In this document: positions 57,334 to 64,000 of the stretch, piece after piece
How the letters are laid out: the number at the start of each line of letters is the position of its first letter
Numbering within the stretch: position 1 is the first letter of the stretch
Source: an uncultured Polaromonas sp.
GTDB lineage: Bacteria; Pseudomonadota; Gammaproteobacteria; Burkholderiales; Burkholderiaceae_C
NCBI GenBank assembly: GCA_964501235.1
Contig: CAZCSD010000003.1
Coordinates: 4,153-68,152 of the forward strand
Length of the DNA: 64,000 bases
Direction of reading: 5' to 3'
Notes under the pieces: generated by a model
What the model saw: the letters and a program-made list of their open reading frames with translations, nothing else
Told to the model about the DNA's origin: nothing
Database searches by the model: none
Translations under genes and position numbers: made by a program

Positions 57334-58584
57334 ATGCATCCTAAGGCTCTTTTGGACAGCGCGGCTGATTTGCTCAAGCAGGTCCTGCGTTTCGATCACC
57401 CGGCTGATGCCGTTCTTTCGCGCTACTTCCGCGAACACAGACTGGGGCCGCGCGAACGTGCCACCTTGGCCGAGACGGTCTTCGATGTCTTGCGCCGGAA
57501 AATCTTCTTGAGCTATCTGGCCCAGTCTGGTTCGGGGCCGATGGAGCGCAGGCTGGCCATTTTGGGTTTTTCCGCGCCGCGTGACTTTTTGTATGGCGCG
57601 CTTCATGCCGCTGAGAAGCAGTGGCTCGAGCAGTGCGACCAGGTGCGCCCCGGCGATCTGATGGACCTGCATCGGCACAACCTGCCGCAGTGGCTGGTCG
57701 ATGCGCTCAAGCCCGAAGTGGGCGATCAGTTTGCGGCGCTGGCCGACAGCCTGGGCCGACCGGCAGGGTTGGATTTGCGGGTCAACCTGCTCAAGGCCAA
57801 GCGCGCAGAGGTGCAGCAGGCCTTGGCCCGATTGGGCATGCCTTGCGAGCCCACGCCGTATTCACCCTGGGGCCTGCGTCTGGGCGACAAGCCCCCTCTG
57901 CATCAGCTCGATCTGTTCAAACAGGGTGCCATCGAGGTCCAGGACGAGGGCTCTCAAATTCTGGCCCTTCTGCTCGATGCCCGACGCGGCGAGATGGTGG
58001 TTGACTTTTGCGCCGGTGCAGGCGGTAAGACGCTGGCTCTGGGTGCGGCCATGCGCAGCACTGGGCGTCTGTATGCCTTTGATACATCGGCGCATCGGCT
58101 CGATGCGCTCAAGCCCCGACTGGCCCGAAGCGGCTTGTCCAATGTGCACCCGGTAGTCATTGCGCATGAGCGCGACGATCGAATCAAGCGGCTGGCCGGC
58201 AAAATCGACCGGGTGCTGGTTGATGCGCCCTGTTCGGGTTTGGGGACGCTGCGGCGTAACCCCGATCTCAAATGGCGGCAAAGCCCCCAGTCGGTGGCTG
58301 AGCTGGTCCCCAAGCAGCAGGCGATTTTGCAAAGTGCGGCGCGCCTGCTCAAACCCGGCGGCAGGCTGGTCTACGCTACTTGCAGTTTGCTCAAGGCGGA
58401 AAACGAGGCGGTGGCCGAGGGGTTTGGGCAATCTCACCCGGATTTCGAAGCGGTCGATGCCGGGGCGTGCCTGCCCGAGGACCTGCGCGCTACGGGTGAG
58501 CTTGTAGAGGCGGGTTTCTTGCGCCTGTGGCCGCACCGGCACCGTACCGACGGCTTTTTTGCGGCGGTCTGGCAGCGCCGCTGA
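57334..58584 (+). CDS. RsmB/NOP-family RNA (cytosine-C5) methyltransferase
   Basis: EVQDEGSQ, DFCAGAGGKT, DAPCSG.GT.RRNPD, YATCS, TDGFF. Confidence 0.93.
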   Translation: MHPKALLDSAADLLKQVLRFDHPADAVLSRYFREHRLGPRERATLAETVFDVLRRKIFLSYLAQSGSGPMERRLAILGFSAPRDFLYGALHAAEKQWLEQCDQVRPGDLMDLHRHNLPQWLVDALKPEVGDQFAALADSLGRPAGLDLRVNLLKAKRAEVQQALARLGMPCEPTPYSPWGLRLGDKPPLHQLDLFKQGAIEVQDEGSQILALLLDARRGEMVVDFCAGAGGKTLALGAAMRSTGRLYAFDTSAHRLDALKPRLARSGLSNVHPVVIAHERDDRIKRLAGKIDRVLVDAPCSGLGTLRRNPDLKWRQSPQSVAELVPKQQAILQSAARLLKPGGRLVYATCSLLKAENEAVAEGFGQSHPDFEAVDAGACLPEDLRATGELVEAGFLRLWPHRHRTDGFFAAVWQRR

Positions 58585-58657
58585 GCTTGGCCGGGTCTGC
58601 GGTGCATGCCCTTTAATTGGCGTACTTGAAGCGAAATAGGGCGCTTTTTGCTGGAGC

Positions 58658-58685
58658 TTGACAGCTTTTGTCGAATTTTTAAGCT
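58658..58685 (+). promoter_or_regulatory. Candidate sigma70 promoter for the desaturase
   Basis: TTGACA-N16-TAAGCT in an AT-rich intergenic region; a second -10-like TACAAT lies at 58737-58742. Confidence 0.4.
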
Positions 58686-58798
58686 TTCGCCCCTTTTTTC
58701 AGCCTGCAAAGGCTGGGCTAAGTCCAGTCCCACACCTACAATGCGAAACTCGTTTTGGGGGAGGCCTGGAAGCTACCGCCGGGCAAAAAGGATGACCG

Positions 58799-59998
58799 AT
58801 GATTGTTTTTGACGCTGCGCTCGAATGGCTGGCCCACGGGCTGTGGGACCTCGCCTGGTGGCAGATCGTCCTCTACACCCTGGCGACCACCCACATCACC
58901 ATGATCAGCGTCACGGTGTTCTTGCACCGGCACCAGGCGCATCGTTCGCTCGACCTGCATCCAATCGCTTCCCACTTCTTTCGTTTTTGGCTCTGGCTGG
59001 GCACGGGTCAGGTGACCAAGGAATGGGCTGCGATTCACCGCAAGCACCATGCCAAGTGCGAGCAGGCGCATGACCCTCACAGCCCGCATGTGCACGGCAT
59101 TCGTACCGTTTTGCTGCGCGGCGCCGAGTTGTATCGGGCTGAGGCCAAGAACAAGGACACCCTGGCCCGCTATGGGCACGGCACCCCGGACGACTGGATC
59201 GAGCGCAATCTCTACAGCCGTTACTCCTGGCAGGGCGTCGGGCTGATGATGATCTTGGATCTGGCGCTCTTCGGCGCAGCCGGTCTGGTGGTCTGGGCGG
59301 TACAGATGGCCTGGACCCCGATCACCGCGGCCGGCATCATCAACGGTGCGGGCCACTATTGGGGCTATCGCAATTTCGAGGCACCCGACGCCAGCACCAA
59401 TCTTTCCCCGTGGGGCATCATCATTGCCGGGGAAGAACTGCATAACAACCATCACACCTACCCCACCTCGGCCAAGCTCTCGATCAAGCCCTACGAGTTT
59501 GATATTGGATGGATGTATATCTGCATCTTGCAGTCCCTCGGTTTGGCCAGCGTCAAGAAGGTTCCGCCGCGCCTGCAGCTCGGGCAGGTCCAGCCGGTGG
59601 CTGACGAGAAGACGCTGGAAGCCCTGATTGCGCATCGTTACGAGGTCATGGCCGGCTATGCCCGCGCCTTGCGCAGATCAGCGCAGGCTGAGCTTGACGC
59701 GCTCAAGGCCCGGCGCGCTGATGTGTCGGTGCTCAAGACGGCGGCTCGCTGGTTGCACCGTGACGAGGACAAAGTTCCCGCTTCTGCGCGGCCGCAATTG
59801 GCGCGGGCCCGTGCCGAGCACCCGGTGCTCGACAAGATGGTCACCATGCGCGAAGAGTTGCGCCAGCTTTGGATGAGTACTTCTTCCTCGCGCGAGCAAC
59901 TGGCTGCGGATCTGCAGGCTTGGTGCCAGCGGGCCGAGGCCAGTGGCATCGCCGCCTTGCAGCAGTTTTCGCAAAAGCTACGCGCCGCCCGCGCCTGA
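58799..59998 (+). CDS. desA: DesA-family (delta-9-type) membrane fatty acid desaturase with C-terminal helical tail
   Basis: Three His boxes HRHQAH, HRKHH and HNNHH; DPHSP; EFDIGW. Confidence 0.92.
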   Translation: MIVFDAALEWLAHGLWDLAWWQIVLYTLATTHITMISVTVFLHRHQAHRSLDLHPIASHFFRFWLWLGTGQVTKEWAAIHRKHHAKCEQAHDPHSPHVHGIRTVLLRGAELYRAEAKNKDTLARYGHGTPDDWIERNLYSRYSWQGVGLMMILDLALFGAAGLVVWAVQMAWTPITAAGIINGAGHYWGYRNFEAPDASTNLSPWGIIIAGEELHNNHHTYPTSAKLSIKPYEFDIGWMYICILQSLGLASVKKVPPRLQLGQVQPVADEKTLEALIAHRYEVMAGYARALRRSAQAELDALKARRADVSVLKTAARWLHRDEDKVPASARPQLARARAEHPVLDKMVTMREELRQLWMSTSSSREQLAADLQAWCQRAEASGIAALQQFSQKLRAARA

Positions 59999-60080
59999 GG
60001 TCTTGGGCGCACCCCGTGCAGACGGGGGTACCGATGGGCGTCCTCGGCCTGCCGATCCGCGCCGGTGCAGTCCCCTAGGC

Positions 60081-60911
60081 TCAGGTCGACCAAATCCTGG
60101 GTGAGGGAGCGTCCATTTGCCAAGCGCAGCGGCGCCAGACCCGCCACACCTGTCGCATCAGCAGCATGGCCGGCTCAACCAGGGGCGACAAAATTCTCAG
60201 CACCATCACCTGATCATTGGGCCAGCTCACGCCGGCATGGGCGGCCAAGGGTTGACCGGTCAGACAGGCTCGGGTCTGTTCCAGCCAATCCTCGCGGTCT
60301 GAACGGTCGAGCGCCTGCCCGCGGACAAAGAACATCGTACTCAAACAGCGCTGTCCGGCCAGGGCCAGTGGGCTGTTCATCAGCTTGTCATCGGCGGCAT
60401 CGAGTTGCGCGCGTTCCAGCCAGAGCCCGGGTACCTCGATGTGCTGCAAGAAGCGGCCGCTGGCAAAAGGCTGCCCCGATTGGGGCAGCCCCAGCGCGGT
60501 GATGTCCCAGCCCATGAGCTCGGCCCCCGGCGCCACCCGGATCCCAAGCCGGTTCTCTGCCTGACAACCCGCAAAACACAGAGCCTCCAGCGGCAACCAT
60601 TCCAGCCGTGCGCCCGCCTCCAGCTCGATTTGCGTACGCTGCACCGCCGGCTCGCCGGTGGATCGGTAAAAGCGCGTTGCCCCCGGTGTGGTGATCAGAC
60701 CGTGTGCCTGGGCCCCCACCTTGATGCGCAGATCGAGCGTATCGCCGCCCACCAGCCCTCCGGGGGGATGGACCAGCACGTTATGACAAACGGCGGGACC
60801 TTGCGGATACAGGCTTTGCAGAATGCGCAGCGGCCCCTCGTGCTCAAAGCGCGCCACGCAGCGGCCCTCTTCGAGGGCGTAGTCCAGGTCCAGTCGGGCG
60901 TGCCAGCTCAT
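60081..60911 (-). CDS. ureD: Urease accessory protein UreD
   Basis: MSWHARL.L, GPLRI...LYP, HPPGGLVGGD, TTPGATRFY, LEWLP.E, PRIWST. Confidence 0.92.
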   Translation of the reverse strand: MSWHARLDLDYALEEGRCVARFEHEGPLRILQSLYPQGPAVCHNVLVHPPGGLVGGDTLDLRIKVGAQAHGLITTPGATRFYRSTGEPAVQRTQIELEAGARLEWLPLEALCFAGCQAENRLGIRVAPGAELMGWDITALGLPQSGQPFASGRFLQHIEVPGLWLERAQLDAADDKLMNSPLALAGQRCLSTMFFVRGQALDRSDREDWLEQTRACLTGQPLAAHAGVSWPNDQVMVLRILSPLVEPAMLLMRQVWRVWRRCAWQMDAPSPRIWST

Positions 60912-60939
60912 GGGGCGCCAGTGTAGGGGCCGGCGCTCA

Positions 60940-61410
60940 TCAAGACGGCTGCGGCAAGGGCAGGGCGGTTTTGTAGCGCACTTGCTTGAGGGCAAAGCTC
61001 GACCGGATTTTTTCCACGCCTTCGATAGGTGAGAGTTTGTCCAGGATGAATCGTTCCAACGCGGCCATGTCGGCCACTGCCACGCGGATCAGATAGTCGG
61101 AGTCGCCGGTCATGAGATAGCACTCCATCACTTCTTCATAGTCGGCCATGCGCTCCTCGAATACCGCCAGTGCCTCTTTGCTTTGGGTGCGCAGGCTGAT
61201 ATTGATGAAGACATTGAGCCCCAGCCCGAGCTTGCTCGCGTTGACCAGGGCCACATAGCGTGAGATCACACCGGCGCTCTCCAGGGCCTTGACCCGGGCC
61301 AGGCAGGGCGAGGGTGAGAGATGAACGCGGCGGGCGAGTTCCACATTGCTCAGGCTGCCGTCTTTTTGCAGTTCGTCGAGCAGTCGCAGGTCTATGGAGT
61401 CTATTTTCAT
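60940..61410 (-). CDS. Lrp/AsnC-family regulator (MdeR-like)
   Basis: ID.IDL.LL.ELQ.DG.LSN.ELA..V.LSPSPC..RV, EVMECYLMTGD.DY, IRSSFALKQV; divergent from mdeB. Confidence 0.93.
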   Translation of the reverse strand: MKIDSIDLRLLDELQKDGSLSNVELARRVHLSPSPCLARVKALESAGVISRYVALVNASKLGLGLNVFINISLRTQSKEALAVFEERMADYEEVMECYLMTGDSDYLIRVAVADMAALERFILDKLSPIEGVEKIRSSFALKQVRYKTALPLPQPS

Positions 61411-61429
61411 GCTGATTATTTTGTTTATT

Positions 61430-61444
61430 CGGCATTTTATGCTG
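61430..61444. promoter_or_regulatory. Candidate Lrp-type operator
   Basis: CGGCATTTTATGCTG matches the E. coli Lrp consensus YAGHAWATTWTDCTR at 13 of 15 positions, in the AT-rich lrp/mdeB gap. Confidence 0.45.
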
Positions 61445-61527
61445 CGAAAGCAGATTTTTGCTGCTATTAAAGCATCAAGTTTCAGGCGTTTTTCCCTACA
61501 GTCTGCGTCATTGGTTCAGGAGACTGC

Positions 61528-64000
61528 ATGAACGCCCCCCTTCTTCCGTCCTGGCTGCAGCTGCCCGATCTGGGTGCTGACCCGGATCCGCAAGAGACCT
61601 CCGAATGGCTCGAGGCCTTTACCGCGCTCGTGCAATCGGGGCCAGACGGCCAGGCGCGGGCCCGACAAATCTTGAACCTGCTGGCCTCGCAGGCGCGCGC
61701 TATGGGCACCGGCTGGCAGCCGGATCTGAACACCCCCTACATGAATACCGTCCGCGTGGAAGATCAACCCTCGTTTCCAGGCGATCTGGCCGTTGAGGAG
61801 CGTCTGGCCTCCCTGATGCGCTGGAACGCGCTGGCTATGGTGGTACGCGCCAATCAGGCCTATGGTGATCTGGGCGGACATATCGCCAGTTACGCCAGTG
61901 CAGCCGATCTCTTCGAGGTGGGCTTTAATCACTTCTTCCATGCCCGTGATGCGCAGCATCGCGGCGATCTGGTGTTCTTTCAGCCGCACAGTGCCCCCGG
62001 TGTGTACGCGCGGGCCTTCCTGGAAGGGCGTATGAGCGAGCGGGAGTTGTCGCACTACCGGCAGGAGCTGCAGGGGCTCGAAAACGGAACGCGAGGTTTG
62101 CCGAGTTATCCGCATCCCTGCTTGATGCCCGACTTCTGGCAGTTTCCGACCGGGTCCATGGGGATAGGCCCAATCAGTTCGATCTACCACGCGCGCTTTA
62201 TGCGCTACCTCACGCATCGGCAACTGCTGGACTGCCAAGGACGCAAGGTCTGGGGCGTCTTTGGTGATGGCGAGATGGACGAGCCCGAGAGCATGAGTGC
62301 GCTGACCTTGGCGGCGCGCGAAAACCTTGACAACCTGGTTTGGGTGGTCAATTGCAATTTGCAGCGACTCGACGGCCCGGTGCGCGGCAATTTCCGCATC
62401 ATCGACGAGTTGGAAAAGCTCTTTGCTGGCGCTGGCTGGCATGTGATCAAGCTGATCTGGGGCAGCGATTGGGACGGGCTGTTCGCACGCGATGCATCCG
62501 GGGCCCTGTTGCGCGCTTTTGCCAATACGGTGGACGGGCAGATGCAGACTTTTGCTGCCAACGATGGTCGCTACAACCGTGAGCATTTTTTTGGGCAGAA
62601 CCCCGAGCTGGCGCGCCTGGCCCAGGGCATGACCGACGATCAGATCGACAGGCTCAAGCGCGGAGGCCACGATCTGGTCAAGATTCATGCCGCCTATGCT
62701 GCCGCTGCGGCTCACCGTGGTCAGCCCACCGTGATCCTCGCGCACACCAAGAAGGGCTATGGCATGGGCTCGGCCGGTCAAGGCAAGATGACCACCCATT
62801 CCCAGAAAAAATTTGACGAGCAGGACCTGATCGAGTTTCGCAACCGCTTCAACCTGCCGCTCAGTGACGAGCAGGCCAAGCAAATGGTCTTCTACAAGCC
62901 GCCACCAGACAGTCCAGAGATGCAGTACCTGCACGCTCGGCGTCAGGCCCTCGGGGGCTATGTGCCACAGCGCCACGTTGCCTGCGAACCGGTGGCGGTG
63001 CCTGAGATCGACAGCTACGCCCGTTTTGCCCTGCAGGCTGGGGGCAAGGAGATGAGCACCACCATGGCCTTCGTGCGCATGCTGGGCAATCTGCTCAAGA
63101 GCCCGACACTCGGGCCGCGCATTGTGCCTATCGTTGCTGATGAGGCCCGCACCTTCGGCATGGCTAACCTCTTCAAGCAGGTGGGCATTTATTCAAGTGT
63201 CGGTCAGCGTTACGCGCCCGAAGATATCGGCTCAGTGCTCAGCTATCGCGAGGCGCTCGATGGCCAGATTCTGGAGGAGGGCATCAGCGAGGCTGGAGCC
63301 ATGGCCAGCTGGACCGCTGCAGCCACCGCCTATAGCGTTCATGGCGTGGCCATGCTGCCCTTCTACATCTACTACTCGATGTTTGGGTTTCAGCGGGTGG
63401 GTGATGCCATCTGGGCGGCTGCTGATCAGATGCCGCGCGGCTTTTTGCTCGGGGCTACCTCGGGCCGCACCACGCTGGGCGGCGAGGGCCTGCAGCATCA
63501 GGATGGCAGCAGCCATCTGTGGGCCGCCACCATTCCCAATTGCAAGGCCTATGACCCGGCCTTTGCCGGCGAGCTGGCGGTGATACTTGCGCAGGGCATG
63601 CAGGAGATGATGGTCGAGCAGCGTGATGTCTTCTACTACATCACGCTCATGAATGCCAACTATGCGCAGCCCGACCTGCCGGAGGGCCTACAGGAGCAGA
63701 TCATTCGCGGCGCCTACCTCTACGGTCGATACGGCCCGAATCTCAAGACACGCGCTTCGCGCGACCGCGTGGTCACGCTGATGGGCTCCGGGGCGATCCT
63801 GACCGAAGTGATCACCGCGGCCCAATTGTTGGCTGCCCAGGGGGTCAGTAGCACCGTGGTCAGTGTCACCAGCTGGAGCGAGCTGGCCCGCGACGGACAG
63901 GCTTGCGACCGGCTTTGGCTCGAGCAAGGTGAGCGCCGGGCGGCCTTTATCGCCGGGCAGCTCGAGGGCACCGCCGGTCCGATCATCGCGGCCACGGACT
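61528..64000 (+). CDS. mdeB: 2-oxoacid dehydrogenase E1, AceE-like homodimeric type (MdeB); 3'-truncated by window edge
   Basis: Missing from the ORF track because no stop lies in the window; hand translation gives D.DPQET.EW, MRWNALAMVVRAN, GGHIASYASAADLFEVGFNHFF, FPTGSMGIGP, TPP motif GDGEMDEPES, GEGLQHQDG; AGGAG RBS. Confidence 0.9.
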   Translation, partial: MNAPLLPSWLQLPDLGADPDPQETSEWLEAFTALVQSGPDGQARARQILNLLASQARAMGTGWQPDLNTPYMNTVRVEDQPSFPGDLAVEERLASLMRWNALAMVVRANQAYGDLGGHIASYASAADLFEVGFNHFFHARDAQHRGDLVFFQPHSAPGVYARAFLEGRMSERELSHYRQELQGLENGTRGLPSYPHPCLMPDFWQFPTGSMGIGPISSIYHARFMRYLTHRQLLDCQGRKVWGVFGDGEMDEPESMSALTLAARENLDNLVWVVNCNLQRLDGPVRGNFRIIDELEKLFAGAGWHVIKLIWGSDWDGLFARDASGALLRAFANTVDGQMQTFAANDGRYNREHFFGQNPELARLAQGMTDDQIDRLKRGGHDLVKIHAAYAAAAAHRGQPTVILAHTKKGYGMGSAGQGKMTTHSQKKFDEQDLIEFRNRFNLPLSDEQAKQMVFYKPPPDSPEMQYLHARRQALGGYVPQRHVACEPVAVPEIDSYARFALQAGGKEMSTTMAFVRMLGNLLKSPTLGPRIVPIVADEARTFGMANLFKQVGIYSSVGQRYAPEDIGSVLSYREALDGQILEEGISEAGAMASWTAAATAYSVHGVAMLPFYIYYSMFGFQRVGDAIWAAADQMPRGFLLGATSGRTTLGGEGLQHQDGSSHLWAATIPNCKAYDPAFAGELAVILAQGMQEMMVEQRDVFYYITLMNANYAQPDLPEGLQEQIIRGAYLYGRYGPNLKTRASRDRVVTLMGSGAILTEVITAAQLLAAQGVSSTVVSVTSWSELARDGQACDRLWLEQGERRAAFIAGQLEGTAGPIIAATD

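Noticed and set aside
58799..59998. Possible IS element because of the transposase-like tail
   Set aside because: The tail is in frame with an intact desaturase; no catalytic DDE region, inverted repeats or target duplication
61516..62976. 486-aa minus-strand ORF
   Set aside because: Antisense shadow of mdeB; no recognisable motifs; long antisense ORFs are expected at this GC content and codon bias
1..64000. tRNA, rRNA, CRISPR arrays, prophage or low-GC islands
   Set aside because: None seen by eye; intergenic gaps are short and composition looks uniform. tRNAscan-SE or Infernal would be needed to exclude small RNAs

Overview
GC-rich bacterial chromosomal window (roughly two-thirds GC by eye). 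Gene content and order point to a Betaproteobacterium of the Burkholderiales, probably Comamonadaceae-like. It is densely coding, with about 62 supportable CDS. Housekeeping blocks: ribF-ileS-lspA, PHP-yciO-S2P-trpS, recJ, lolCD, purN, prfC, rsmB-like, dcd and modABC/modE. These are interleaved with uptake and catabolic modules: two tripartite tricarboxylate transporter (TTT) systems, two gamma-glutamyltransferases, an eda + YihV-like kinase unit, a kdgK-SDR-cupin unit, an intradiol dioxygenase module, BMP-guaD, a pimC/pimD-like acyl-CoA dehydrogenase pair and lrp-mdeB. A protease-MoxR-DUF58-VWA operon is also present. I saw no rRNA, tRNA, CRISPR array, prophage or intact IS. Nothing here is demonstrably a new system. 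The best candidates are (i) two unexplained sugar-acid/sulfosugar-like catabolic units, (ii) a structured leader upstream of the purine BMP-guaD genes, (iii) a repeated leaderless-promoter signature at housekeeping genes, and (iv) a recurring GGG-N4-CCC intergenic motif. All family calls come from motif recognition by eye; no searches were run.
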